NCBI GenBank assembly: GCA_035577545.1
Contig: DATLVI010000009.1
Coordinates: forward strand, 3,696-67,695
Direction: 5' to 3'
DNA from: Verrucomicrobiia bacterium
Lineage (GTDB): Bacteria; Verrucomicrobiota; Verrucomicrobiia; Palsa-1439
DNA: 64,000 nt
Shown here: positions 39,801 through 49,152 of the stretch, in pieces
Layout: each line of letters begins with the position of its first letter
Numbering within the stretch: position 1 is the stretch's first letter
Notes under the pieces: generated by a model
The model's database searches: none
Seen by the model: only the letters and a program-made list of their open reading frames with translations
What the model was told of the DNA's origin: nothing
Made by a program: the position numbers and the translations under genes

Positions 39801-40653
39801 CCTGATCACCAACTCGGCACCGGGGATCAATGTCGTGACGTTGGGCGGCCTGGCAAAGGGAGGGACCAACAACAACCTGAGCTTCTTCAACACGCAGGCC
39901 ACGATCACTGATACCAACATGCTCGGCACCAATCCATTGCTTACATTGGGCAGCAGCACGTTCACGGTGAGTAACAGTCTGAATCTGGGTGGCACATCGA
40001 CGCTAAACTTCGGGTTGGGTACGAACGCGACTGAAATTGTTGTTATCGGCAATCTCTCGGTGAGCGGCACACTCAACATCACCGATGCCGGTGGTTTCAC
40101 CAACAACACGTACACGCTCTTCACCTACGGCGGGACGCTGACCTACAATGGCATCACCATGGGCACGACGCCGAACGCGAATTTCACATATACCGTTTCC
40201 ACCAACACGATCGGACAGGTGAACCTGGTTGTTGGCAGCAACATGCCGCCATCGGATCCGTTCACCGCGTGGGAAAACCAGTATTTCACGTTGGCTGAAC
40301 TCGGTACCTCGTCGTTTAGCGGGCCAGGCGCTGATCCACTGGGCAAGGGGATGAGCAACACCAACCAGTTTTTGGCGGGCTTGAATCCGACCAACAGCGC
40401 GTCGGCGTTGCGGATTACCGCAGTGACGCCCGAAGGTCACAATGTCACCATCACTTGGACGACTGCCGGTGTGAGAACCAACGCTGTGCAAGCAAGCACC
40501 GGCGACGGCAACGGTGGCTATGGCACGAACTTTAGCGACATCAGCCCTCCGATCATCATCACCGTCGGCGGAGATGCGACCACCAACTACGTGGACAGCG
40601 GCGGGGCGACCAACAGTCCGGCACGTTACTACCGTATCCGGCTCGTGCCGTAG
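36895..40653 (+). CDS. Giant secreted modular GH28 polygalacturonase (shared N-terminal module, 4 Ig-like domains, GH28, PATR-like, conserved C-terminal domain).
   Basis: ATG at 36895 gives MRTESRRKVVPILAALFGLVLPVRA (signal peptide). GH28 motifs: PNTDGMDV, GDDNIQMGS, GHGVSIGS and IRLKSDRDIGG. The C-terminus ...FTAWENQYF...DPLGKGMSNTNQFLAGLNPTN...ARYYRIRLVP. Confidence 0.85.
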   Translation: MRTESRRKVVPILAALFGLVLPVRATVLLDQTSWTTTTRRTQSLPTRSAWFASSTGSLSVSGGALRMVVGTSSGAGISYFTANSNTPPVQLNVGDTLAATFRFTFNGVPPLGSSSQGFKIGLFDSADGSNVPKRVTADGSPFSSGGQGTFVEGYALFQKMYVVFADNQPIDIRKRTAIGDASLLGASADYTSLAKGGLTNTFAGFSNLTQYTFQILLQRTNLSSMAIAMTWSNLANAATLSLSTADNTATNFNFDTIEFRPANNTQAPATNLFQEVKVEVSSAPVAPAILADPQDQALSSGQTATFSAVVNGTLPLSYQWYFNDTNTPIGAASSVNFPPAHTPVANPSLTLTNVQLTDVGDYFVVVTNSSGSVTSAVANLTVTEAAPTITTQPQDLTVIPTQPTAFSVVAVGSEPLSYQWYYNTNSLLTNATSSTLTISNVQPSDAGIYSVIVSNPIGTAVSSNAVLTVNTNPVTPIFILQPVGFTARVGDNASFSASTIGAQPISYQWKANGTPIVGATSTTINLPGIQLTDAGTYTLVASNAIGSTSSLNATLTVLPRTPPLPVIPTNTFNILDFGGLGNGVSNNAAAIQSAINTAAGAGGGTVIVPSGGTLSTYLSGPIILSSSINLEVDSGATLKMLPRFATATVTNWPSPSLPPFISASGLNDIEISGSGTIDGNAGFGSTNWWQSPTLDESLRPHMIDFSGCTRVLIQGVTLQNPPVFHMLLKGNNVSVTVQNITENTPGNSPNTDGMDVGSTNVLVQNCSISVGDDNIQMGSSAAPVADMTVSNCTFGTGHGVSIGSPTQRGVHDLLVSNCTFNGTDNGIRLKSDRDIGGLVENLRYIDITMTNVDYPIIVYSFYDSIGTPNNIMPSNAAANAAQPIVDNTPIWRNILFSNLTVTATTGNNIAGILWGRQEMVVSNVTLYNVNFAAPTKTFDIYNARGIRIINSNLTAPSSTNTLTLYNAEVLITNSAPGINVVTLGGLAKGGTNNNLSFFNTQATITDTNMLGTNPLLTLGSSTFTVSNSLNLGGTSTLNFGLGTNATEIVVIGNLSVSGTLNITDAGGFTNNTYTLFTYGGTLTYNGITMGTTPNANFTYTVSTNTIGQVNLVVGSNMPPSDPFTAWENQYFTLAELGTSSFSGPGADPLGKGMSNTNQFLAGLNPTNSASALRITAVTPEGHNVTITWTTAGVRTNAVQASTGDGNGGYGTNFSDISPPIIITVGGDATTNYVDSGGATNSPARYYRIRLVP

Positions 40654-40665
40654 GGAGGGAGGACG

Positions 40666-43600
40666 ATGCGAAACAAATATCTCATAGCTGGAACGGCTGC
40701 ACTGGCGTGTTTTGGTGCGAATCTGTCGCAGGCCCAATTATTGAAGGTTGATATCAATAACACGTCCCGCGGGGATAATACCGCGCCGGGTTATCAGGCA
40801 TGGAATCTCGCCACAGACCTGGGCTCCAATAGTAATCGTGCTACACGCGTATTCACCAACGCCGCCAATAGCCCGATCTCCTGTACGGTTTCCCAAACGA
40901 CTCCCGTAATTGGGACTGCGAATATCGGCTTGAAAGCGGATTGGGGAAACAAGGACGGCAACAACACCAGCACCGATCCGAACGCGGGTTATCGACTGTC
41001 CGCCGATGGCGTGTTTGCGTTCAATTTTTCCGCCGGGATCCCCGCCACCAATGGCGGGGCCTTCTGTCTGATCGTCTCCAACCTCTCTGCGGGCGCGCAC
41101 ACGATCACGACCTATCACAATGACGAGTGGGGCAACCACGTTAACACCACCTGGCATGGCAGCAATAATTTCATGAGTAGTTGCGTGGTGAGCGTGGGCG
41201 GTGCTCCGGTGTTCACCAATACGCCGTCCTATTACGCTACCAACGACTTCAAATGCGGGTTCGCCTACTTCACGGTAAACGCCATCGACGGCCAGCCGCT
41301 GATAATCAATTTTGATCCCGCTCACAACAGCACCAGCAATCTGGATTTTGTCATTCTCAACGGCTTTGCGATTGATGGTCCGTTCCCCGGGACCACGGCG
41401 ACCGGGGCAATTCCGGGCGACGGCAACGAGCACGTCTTCGCCAATAACGACAGCCCCACTCCCGGTTCCGCAGGCACCGGCTTCACGACGCTCAGTTGGA
41501 CGCCTTCGGAGTTTGCGGTTTCGCATGATGTGTACTTTGGAACCGTCAGCAATGCGGTAAACATTGCCACCCACGCTTCGCCTGAATTCAAGGGCAACTT
41601 TACGACCAACATCTGGAACACCGCCACCAACCTGGATAGCGCCCTGACCTACTACTGGCGTATTGATGAGATTGATTCCACGAACGGTGTTTCCAGGGGC
41701 GCGGTTTGGCGTTTCCGGACACGTCACATCGCGTTCCCAACGGCGGAAGGGTATGGTCGCTTTGCCCGCGGCGGTCGCGGTGGCGTAGTCATCGAGGTGA
41801 CGAATACGAACGATTATGATACGACGATCGGTGAGCCCGTGATTCCCGGCAGTTATCGAGCGGCGATTGAAGCCAGTGGGCCACGCACGGTCGTCTTTCG
41901 TATCTCCGGGTTGATCCGACTCAAACGTCCCTGCACGATTAACAACACCAACGGCTATCTCACGGTCGCTGGGCAGACCGCGCCCGGTGATGGCATCTGC
42001 CTGAGCGGTTGGCGGGCGGGGATCAGCAGTTGCAGTGACGTGATCATGCGTTTTATCCGCCTCCGACTGGGAGAAGCCAGCAAGCAGTCCATGGACGGAA
42101 TTGGCCTGGGTAATTCCAGCGATTCCGTCATCGATCACTGCACAATCAGTTGGACCATCGACGAGTCCACCAGCTCCCGCCAGAGCGGCGCGGTGGGCAG
42201 CGGTTCGGCTAACATCACGTTCCAGCACAATATCATTTCGGAGGCGTTGGACCATTCCTATCACTACGACGATGCCCAGCGGGCGACCAATGGCTGCACT
42301 CAGTGCTATCAGCCGCATTCGTTTGCCGGTTCGATCAGTGGCGAGATCGCCAGCTATCACCACAACCTCTTGGCCCACTGCACGGGACGAAATTGGAGCA
42401 TGGCCGGCGGGTTGGATCAAAGCTCGCATTACGCGGGGTCGCTCGATATCCGCAACAATGTCGTTTACAACTGGACCTCCCGCACGACCGACGGCGGTGT
42501 GCAGCGCGGGAACTACGTGAACAATTACTACAAACCCTATACCAACGCCTCGTACTGCGTGAAATGGCTGTTCCGGCTCGACGCGATCAACCCGGTCTGG
42601 GGCACAGAAAGTTATTTCTTCGACGGCAATGTCATGGAAGGGCAGAATTACGATTCGAACAACTGGCAATTCGGTACGGCTGTGTTTGTTGGGGACGGCA
42701 GTACGTATGCGACTTCCAACCAATTGGCCGGCGTGCGGACCAATGCGGAAGTTTTCCCATCCTACGTTACGACGCAAACCGCTCGCGACGCGTTCAAGGT
42801 CGTGTTGTCAGATGTCGGCTGCAACCTCCCGGCGGCAGACGTGATCGATCAACGCGTCATCGGCGAGACACTTACCAAAACGGTCCATTACGAGGGGACC
42901 AATGGTCCAACGTATACCATCGACGGCGTGCCGCAACCCAGCCAAGCCAGTCCCAACCGGCCTGGCATCATCGACGCGACGACCGACGTCCACGACGTGC
43001 CCACGAACGCGCCTAATTATCCGTGGCCAACATACAACACCTACAACGTCGATGTGGATTCCGATCACGATGGGCTGCCGGATTGGTGGGAAATTCTCCA
43101 CGGGACCAATCCCAATTCGTCGCCGGGCGATTTCTCCGACAGCAACGCCGATCCGGACGGCGATGGCTACTCGAACCTTGAGGATTACCTGAACTGGCTC
43201 GCCGCGCCACACGCGACTTGTGCGCAGGATTCATCGGTCAATCTGGATCTAAGCCAATTCACCGCTGGCTTCACCAATGTCCCCGTTTACACTGTGTTCA
43301 GTCCAACGCTCGGAACGGTTGCTATCCTCGGAGACGGCAAGACAGCGCAGTTTACTCCAACACCGGGCACCAACGGATTGGCTGGCTTTTCTTTCTCCGT
43401 CACCGACGCCGTGGGCAGCACCTTGACGAATTCTATCGGCATCCACGTAACGCCGACGGTTGCGCCGCCGCTGACAGCGTTCCAGCAATGGCAAATGCAA
43501 TACTTCAATTCGACAAATAGCGCCGACGCGGACGCCAATGCCGATCCCGACGGGGACGGCCAGAATAATATGGCGGAATTTCTCTCAGGTACGATCCCGA

Positions 43601-43863
43601 CCAATGCGATCTCGGCATTCCGAATCATTTCGGCGGTACGCCAAAGCAACGATGTGGTCGTGACGTGGACAACGGCTGGCGGATTCACGAACGCCGTGCA
43701 GACGGTGCCGGGAGACGTGAACGGCAGTTACACGACGAATTTCACGGACCTGAGCGGGCCGCTCATCATCTCTGGGAGTGGGGATGTGACAACCAATTAT
43801 GTGGACGGCGGCGCGGCAACGAATGTTCCATCTCGCTACTATCGGATCCGTCTTGTGCCCTAG
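40666..43863 (+). CDS. Large secreted modular PL1-like pectate/pectin lyase of 1065 aa (N-terminal unknown module, Fn3-like, right-handed beta-helix lyase domain, TSP3-like Ca-binding repeats, conserved C-terminal domain).
   Basis: Strong Shine-Dalgarno GGGAGGGAGG upstream. Signal peptide MRNKYLIAGTAALACFGANLSQA. Lyase hallmarks: FPTAEGYGRFARGGRGGVVIEVTNTNDYD..., RFIRLRLG, DGIGLGNSSDSVIDHCTISW and ITFQHNIISE. Internal DSDHDGLPDWWE...DPDGDGYSNLEDYLNWL. The C-terminus ...AFQQWQMQYF...DPDGDGQNNMAEFLSGTIPTN...SRYYRIRLVP. Confidence 0.8.
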   Translation: MRNKYLIAGTAALACFGANLSQAQLLKVDINNTSRGDNTAPGYQAWNLATDLGSNSNRATRVFTNAANSPISCTVSQTTPVIGTANIGLKADWGNKDGNNTSTDPNAGYRLSADGVFAFNFSAGIPATNGGAFCLIVSNLSAGAHTITTYHNDEWGNHVNTTWHGSNNFMSSCVVSVGGAPVFTNTPSYYATNDFKCGFAYFTVNAIDGQPLIINFDPAHNSTSNLDFVILNGFAIDGPFPGTTATGAIPGDGNEHVFANNDSPTPGSAGTGFTTLSWTPSEFAVSHDVYFGTVSNAVNIATHASPEFKGNFTTNIWNTATNLDSALTYYWRIDEIDSTNGVSRGAVWRFRTRHIAFPTAEGYGRFARGGRGGVVIEVTNTNDYDTTIGEPVIPGSYRAAIEASGPRTVVFRISGLIRLKRPCTINNTNGYLTVAGQTAPGDGICLSGWRAGISSCSDVIMRFIRLRLGEASKQSMDGIGLGNSSDSVIDHCTISWTIDESTSSRQSGAVGSGSANITFQHNIISEALDHSYHYDDAQRATNGCTQCYQPHSFAGSISGEIASYHHNLLAHCTGRNWSMAGGLDQSSHYAGSLDIRNNVVYNWTSRTTDGGVQRGNYVNNYYKPYTNASYCVKWLFRLDAINPVWGTESYFFDGNVMEGQNYDSNNWQFGTAVFVGDGSTYATSNQLAGVRTNAEVFPSYVTTQTARDAFKVVLSDVGCNLPAADVIDQRVIGETLTKTVHYEGTNGPTYTIDGVPQPSQASPNRPGIIDATTDVHDVPTNAPNYPWPTYNTYNVDVDSDHDGLPDWWEILHGTNPNSSPGDFSDSNADPDGDGYSNLEDYLNWLAAPHATCAQDSSVNLDLSQFTAGFTNVPVYTVFSPTLGTVAILGDGKTAQFTPTPGTNGLAGFSFSVTDAVGSTLTNSIGIHVTPTVAPPLTAFQQWQMQYFNSTNSADADANADPDGDGQNNMAEFLSGTIPTNAISAFRIISAVRQSNDVVVTWTTAGGFTNAVQTVPGDVNGSYTTNFTDLSGPLIISGSGDVTTNYVDGGAATNVPSRYYRIRLVP

Positions 43864-43891
43864 GATTTGAAAAACTCGATATAAAGATAAT

Positions 43892-45472
43892 ATGAAACTG
43901 ATACCCTGCTTCAATTCATGTGCCATCGCCGCCTTACTCTGCATCGCACCCTTCACGATGGCGCAAACAATGCCGACTGACGGCTTTTTCAATGTCCTCA
44001 GTTTTGGCGCCTCGCCGGACGGGCAGGCGAAGTGCACCGAGGCGATTGGCAAAGCCATCGACGCGGCCTCGGCCAAAGGCGGGGGGACGGTGTATTTTCC
44101 AGCCGGTACGTATCTGACCGGGCCGATTCATCTCCAGAGCCATATCACATTATACGTGGATGCCGGCGCGACGCTGAAATTCAGCACCAACTTCGATGAT
44201 TACCTGCCCATGGTGTTGTCGCGGTGGGAAGGGATTGTCGTGACAAATTTCTCGCCATTGATTTATGCGTACAAGGCGCAGGACATCGCCATCGTTGGCC
44301 GGGGCACCCTCGATGGGCAAGGGCAGGCATGGTGGGACTTCTATCGAAAGATCTCACGGGGGACGAATGCGGTACCGCGGAGCAAATGGCAGGAAGAATT
44401 CACTCGCCTGAACAAAGACACGATCGCCGAGTTGAATTACCGGCTGCTCGACATCGGTTTCCTGCGACCGCCGTTTATCCAACCGAATGAATGCAGCAAC
44501 GTGCTGGTCGAGGGCGTTACTATCCGGAATTCGCCGTTTTGGAATGTCACCCCGGTCTTTTGTGAGAATGTCAACGTCCGTGGCGTCACCATCATCAGTC
44601 CTCCGACGTCACCCAATACGGACGGCATCAACCCCGATTCATGTCGCAACATCCGTATCTCGGATTGCTACATCAGCGCGGGAGATGACTGCATCACCAT
44701 CAAATCGGGCCGTGACGCCAATGGCCGGCGCGCCGGGCGGCCGCTGGAGAATTGCACGATTGTGAATTGCACGCTCCTCCGCGGCCATGGCCTGTCCATT
44801 GGGAGCGAGATGTCTGGTGGCGTGAAAAACCTGACGATTGCCAATTGCGTGTTCGATGGCACCGACCACGGTATTCGCATCAAATCCACCCGTGGTCGCG
44901 GCGGTGTCATTGAAGACGTTCGGATCAGTAATCTCGTGATGCGCAATATTCGTCAGGATGCGATATTGCTCACGACGTTTTATACGAAGACGCAACCCGA
45001 GCCGGTATCGGAGCGCACGCCCATCTTTCGCAATATCCATTTCAGCGGCATTACGGGCGACGCAAAGATCGCCGGCGAACTAACCGGCCTCGAAGAAATG
45101 CCCCTCGAGAATATTACGTTCGACGACATCCAGCTTGACGCCAAAACCGGTTTCGCGTTGAAGGATGTCAAGGGGATTGAGTTTCATAACGTCACCGTCA
45201 ACACGGAGAGCGGGCCGGCCATCACGGCGACGACCACCGAAGGGTTGGAGATTGATGGAGTTAAAACTGCAAAGGCGCACCCGGGGACACCCGTTATCGA
45301 TTTGGGCAAGGTCAAGAGTGTATTTGTGCGAGGCTGTGTGGCCGCGCCGGAGACAGAAACATTTCTGCGCGTGAACGAGGACTCCGCGGACGAGGTAACG
45401 CTGGAAGGTAATAATCTGAAGGCGGCGAAGACGGCGGTGGAAAAGGTTAAGGGCAACAGTTCGGCTAACTAA
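43892..45472 (+). CDS. Secreted GH28 polygalacturonase / exo-poly-alpha-galacturonosidase, 526 aa, single domain with no C-terminal anchor module.
   Basis: Signal peptide MKLIPCFNSCAIAALLCIAPFTMAQ. GH28 motifs: PNTDGINPDS, GDDCITIKSG, GHGLSIGSE and IRIKSTRGRGG. Confidence 0.9.
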   Translation: MKLIPCFNSCAIAALLCIAPFTMAQTMPTDGFFNVLSFGASPDGQAKCTEAIGKAIDAASAKGGGTVYFPAGTYLTGPIHLQSHITLYVDAGATLKFSTNFDDYLPMVLSRWEGIVVTNFSPLIYAYKAQDIAIVGRGTLDGQGQAWWDFYRKISRGTNAVPRSKWQEEFTRLNKDTIAELNYRLLDIGFLRPPFIQPNECSNVLVEGVTIRNSPFWNVTPVFCENVNVRGVTIISPPTSPNTDGINPDSCRNIRISDCYISAGDDCITIKSGRDANGRRAGRPLENCTIVNCTLLRGHGLSIGSEMSGGVKNLTIANCVFDGTDHGIRIKSTRGRGGVIEDVRISNLVMRNIRQDAILLTTFYTKTQPEPVSERTPIFRNIHFSGITGDAKIAGELTGLEEMPLENITFDDIQLDAKTGFALKDVKGIEFHNVTVNTESGPAITATTTEGLEIDGVKTAKAHPGTPVIDLGKVKSVFVRGCVAAPETETFLRVNEDSADEVTLEGNNLKAAKTAVEKVKGNSSAN

Positions 45473-47733
45473 TGACGGAACAGGAGACGATGGTGGGACA
45501 AAAGTTCTTCTTGGCGTGGGCTGCCGCGCTCATGCTGGTCTGCCTTGGCGCCAGCCAACAAGTGGTGGCGCAAACGAATCTTGTTGCCGCAATGATCGGC
45601 ACCAACCAATTCAAGACGGTTCAGGAAGCGATCAACGCCACGCCGCAGAACGCCAGCGCGGCCAACCCCTGCATGATCCACGTGAAGCCGGGGGTTTACA
45701 AAGAGTTGATCCACGTCCAGCACGAGAAACGCTACGTCCATCTCATTGGTGAAGACGCAAACAAGACGGTGCTGACGTACGACCTGAACGCGAAACTTTT
45801 GGGCGTCGACGGCAAGCCGGTCGGCACGTTTCGCACGCCGTCGGCGGTGATCGATGCGGACGATTTCTCCGTGGAGAACATTACCTTCGAGAACTCCGCG
45901 GGTCCCGTCGGACAGGCCCTGGCAATTCGCGTGGATGGCGACCGTGTGGTGTTTCGCAACTGCCGGTTCCTCGGTTGGCAGGACACCATCCTGGTGAACC
46001 GTGGCCGCCAGTACTTCGAAAACTGCTACATCGCGGGACACGTTGATTTTATTTTCGGCGGCGCAACGACATTCTTCGAGAGCTGCCATATTCATTGTCT
46101 GTCGAATGGTTATGTCACTGCGGCTTCGACGCCGGAGGAACATCCCTACGGTTTTGTCTTCTCGAACTGCAAGATTACCGGTGAATCACCCGGCGTGCGG
46201 ACCTATCTGGGCAGGCCCTGGCGTGCGTTCTCCAGCGTGACGTATCTGAATACCGAGATGTCCGGCGTCGTCACCAACGTCGGTTGGAACAATTGGAAAG
46301 ACCCGACCCGCGAAAAAACGGCGCGTTACGCTGAATTCGACAGTAGCGGTCCCGGCGCGAATCCACAGGCGCGTGTGCCATGGTCGCGTCAACTAAGCAA
46401 GGCGGAAGCCGACGTGATCACCCCGCAAGAAGTCCTGGGTGGCGTGGATGGATGGAACCCGAAGACGGGTTCCACCAGGCGAATACCTGCTGGGAACACA
46501 ACGAAGGCCGCTGTACCGCCCGACCTGACGGTTGCGGGAGACGGTAGTGGAGATTTCAAAACGATTCAGGATGCGCTGGACTCGGTGCCGCGCGACAATC
46601 GGCAACGCACCATTATTTTTATCAAGGACGGCCTGTATCATGAAAAAGTGCGGATTGACCCCGGGTTCGTCACGCTCCGCGGCCAGAGTCGGGACGGCAC
46701 GCGCGTCGAATTCCCCCAAGGGGCCGATGATTTCACCAACCACCCGGACAAGGTCGGGCGCGCGGTCGTCAATATCAACGGCAGCGATTGTGTCTTGCAA
46801 AACCTCACTGTCAAGAACACGCACGGCATCATCGGCCCGCACGCCTTCGCGATTTATGGCCATGGCGACAAAACCGTGATCGTGGACTGCAATGTATGGA
46901 GCCAGGGTGCGGACACACTCGCATTGTGGGGTGATCGGAGTGGGTCCTACCAGGCACGTCTCGACATCTGCGGCTCGGTGGACTTCGTGTGCCCACGCGG
47001 CTGGTGTTATATGACCGATTGCTCCCTGCACCAGGTCAATCCCAAAGCCGACGCGACCATTTGGCATGACGGGGCCAAGGACGCAGATATGAAATTTGTC
47101 CTGCGCAATTGCCGGTTTGAGGGGGTGGGGGACATGCCGAGCTGGATTCTGGCCCGCCATCACCACGACGCCCAGTTCTACCTGCTGGACTGCAGCTTCT
47201 CCAAGACCCTGAGTAATCGACCGCCGTTGCGCGTCATTTATCCGCTTAACCACGGCGAGCCGAGTGAGGCGGACAAGAAGAGAAACCACGATTTGGACGC
47301 CAGCAACATTTGGGGCGAACATGCATACTTCTACAACTGCCACCGCGACGGTGGCGATTACACCTGGCACAAGGACAACTTATCTTCCGCGACGAATTCA
47401 CCGGAGCCCGAGCAGATGACGGCGGCTTGGGCGTTTGCGGGGAAATGGGATCCCGAACGACACGCCGGTCCGACCATTCGAAGCGTTAAACAACAAGATG
47501 CTCGGTTCGAGGTTGTCTTCAGCGAGAGCGTTACGGTGAAGGGCAAGCCGCAACTCGTCTTGAAATCTGGTAAAGTCGCCGGCTACGTTTCCGGTGGTGG
47601 AACGGATACCTTGAACTTTGCAATTCCTTCGGGGCAACAAGAAATGGTTGGTGGAGTGAATCTACGAGATGGGGCGATCATTGCCTCGGAGGCGGCCGCC
47701 ACTCTGCGTGTTGCCGATCTGTCATTGCCTTGA
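45472..47733 (+). CDS. Secreted tandem-domain CE8 pectin methylesterase of 753 aa: a canonical N-terminal PME plus a second, divergent PME-like domain.
   Basis: Domain 1: FKTVQEAINATP, GQALAIRV, WQDTILVN, GHVDFIFGG and YLGRPW. Domain 2: GDFKTIQDALDSVP, AFAIYG, QGADTLAL and GSVDFVCP. The start codon overlaps the previous stop (TAATG). Confidence 0.85.
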   Translation: MTEQETMVGQKFFLAWAAALMLVCLGASQQVVAQTNLVAAMIGTNQFKTVQEAINATPQNASAANPCMIHVKPGVYKELIHVQHEKRYVHLIGEDANKTVLTYDLNAKLLGVDGKPVGTFRTPSAVIDADDFSVENITFENSAGPVGQALAIRVDGDRVVFRNCRFLGWQDTILVNRGRQYFENCYIAGHVDFIFGGATTFFESCHIHCLSNGYVTAASTPEEHPYGFVFSNCKITGESPGVRTYLGRPWRAFSSVTYLNTEMSGVVTNVGWNNWKDPTREKTARYAEFDSSGPGANPQARVPWSRQLSKAEADVITPQEVLGGVDGWNPKTGSTRRIPAGNTTKAAVPPDLTVAGDGSGDFKTIQDALDSVPRDNRQRTIIFIKDGLYHEKVRIDPGFVTLRGQSRDGTRVEFPQGADDFTNHPDKVGRAVVNINGSDCVLQNLTVKNTHGIIGPHAFAIYGHGDKTVIVDCNVWSQGADTLALWGDRSGSYQARLDICGSVDFVCPRGWCYMTDCSLHQVNPKADATIWHDGAKDADMKFVLRNCRFEGVGDMPSWILARHHHDAQFYLLDCSFSKTLSNRPPLRVIYPLNHGEPSEADKKRNHDLDASNIWGEHAYFYNCHRDGGDYTWHKDNLSSATNSPEPEQMTAAWAFAGKWDPERHAGPTIRSVKQQDARFEVVFSESVTVKGKPQLVLKSGKVAGYVSGGGTDTLNFAIPSGQQEMVGGVNLRDGAIIASEAAATLRVADLSLP

Positions 47734-47757
47734 ACAACAACTCATGAGGAACCAGCG

Positions 47758-49068
47758 ATGAAATTGAACTGCAAAATAATTCTTACGATGACCCTGTGGA
47801 TGGCACTGCTGTTTGTTACCGCGGGCCCGGCGAATGGCATACTGTCGCTCGTCTTTGATGTCAAAGAAACCGGTGCGAAGGGCGACGGTAGAACATTGGA
47901 CACGGACGCGATCCAGAAGACGCTTGATGATTGCGGGAAGGCGGGCGGCGGGACGGTAAGATTTCGTGCTGGCACGTACCTGAGCAAACCGGTTGTTCTT
48001 CGTGGCAATACCACCGTGCAACTGGATGCCGGCGCAACGCTGTTGGCGACGGACGATCCGGCTGACTTTGCCGGGAGTAGTTCAAACTCTTTCATCCCGT
48101 TTATCAGTGGAAAAAAACTTCGCAATGTTACCATCACGGGTCAGGGGATCATCGACGGCTCAGGCGCGAAGTGGTGGATCCCCGCCGAGGCCGCCCGACA
48201 AAAGACGCCGGGTTACACGCTGCCCCGTCCAAATCTGGTTGTGTTAACGGGTTGCACGAATCTGCGCATCGAGAATATCACGCTGCAAAACTCACCCAAG
48301 TTCCATTTGGTACCGACCGATTGCGACGGCGTGATTATCTCGAACGTGACAGTCCTCGCTCCCGCCCACGCGGCGAACACCGACGCGATTGATCCCAGTG
48401 CCTGCCGGAATGTGGTGATTACAAAATGCCGCATTGACGTGGGCGATGACAACATCGCCATCAAGGCCGGCAAGGCCATGCCGGGGCGGCCTTTCGCGTG
48501 CGAGAACATTACCGTTACCGACTGCACGTTCCTGCATGGGCATGGGATGTCAATTGGCAGCGAAACTGCCGGAGGCGTGCGCAATGTCACGGTGCGAAAC
48601 TGCACATTTGAAAATACGGAGAATGGGATTCGCATCAAATCACAACGGGGCAGGGGAGGTATCGTCGAGAACATCAGCTATAGCGACATCACCATGAAGA
48701 ATGTCGATCCCGCGATCACGTTGACCAGCTACTACATGTTCAACTCTGCCGGCGATGCCAAACAAAAATCCGAGCCCGCCAAGGACACCGCCCAGCCTCT
48801 TGCCGCCGGGACGCCGATTTATCGGAATATCCACATCAACAACCTGACCGCCACCTGCCAGAAAGCGGCGGGGATCATCATTGGTTTACCGGAAAGCCTG
48901 ATCTCCGACGTCACATTGGAGAATGTCCAGATCACCTCCGCAACGACCGGTTTGAAGATTCAAAACGCCAAGGGAATAGAATTCAAGAACGTGCAAATCG
49001 CCGCCAAGCAGGGTCCTCCCGTTATCCTGGACAACGCCGAAGTGGCTGGTGTCGCGGCGACGAAATAA
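47758..49068 (+). CDS. Secreted GH28 polygalacturonase, 436 aa.
   Basis: Signal peptide MKLNCKIILTMTLWMALLFVTAGPANG. GH28 motifs: ANTDAIDPS, GDDNIAIKAG, GHGMSIGSE and IRIKSQRGRGG. Confidence 0.9.
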   Translation: MKLNCKIILTMTLWMALLFVTAGPANGILSLVFDVKETGAKGDGRTLDTDAIQKTLDDCGKAGGGTVRFRAGTYLSKPVVLRGNTTVQLDAGATLLATDDPADFAGSSSNSFIPFISGKKLRNVTITGQGIIDGSGAKWWIPAEAARQKTPGYTLPRPNLVVLTGCTNLRIENITLQNSPKFHLVPTDCDGVIISNVTVLAPAHAANTDAIDPSACRNVVITKCRIDVGDDNIAIKAGKAMPGRPFACENITVTDCTFLHGHGMSIGSETAGGVRNVTVRNCTFENTENGIRIKSQRGRGGIVENISYSDITMKNVDPAITLTSYYMFNSAGDAKQKSEPAKDTAQPLAAGTPIYRNIHINNLTATCQKAAGIIIGLPESLISDVTLENVQITSATTGLKIQNAKGIEFKNVQIAAKQGPPVILDNAEVAGVAATK

Positions 49069-49152
49069 AGAGCCGGTTAAGGAGGCCGTCGCCCCACGCA
49101 TGGTGATTGCGCTTGACTCGTGTTTACGAGGCCCTAGATTGAATTGGGATCA

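Noticed and set aside
40738-42777. 679-aa ORF on the minus strand.
   Set aside because: It is fully antisense to the PL1-like lyase gene (40666-43863), which has clear domain homology. The ORF is a long stop-free run typical of GC-rich antisense frames, with Arg/Gly/Ala-rich low-complexity translation and no signal peptide or family.
17453-43863. Possibility that the shared C-terminal module is a Bacteroidetes-type T9SS CTD or a PEP-CTERM variant.
   Set aside because: There is no PEP motif, transmembrane helix or basic tail, so a sortase or exosortase-type signal is excluded. The lineage markers in the window (PEP-CTERM, DUF1559, GloVer, PATR) point to a PVC-type genome where T9SS is not expected, and the terminal RYYRVRLVP does not match T9SS CTD consensus as I recall it. 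It is kept as a fold-level analogy only; this cannot be settled without a profile search.
46393-47370. 325-aa minus-strand ORF.
   Set aside because: Antisense to the second CE8 domain of the tandem PME gene. Shadow ORF.
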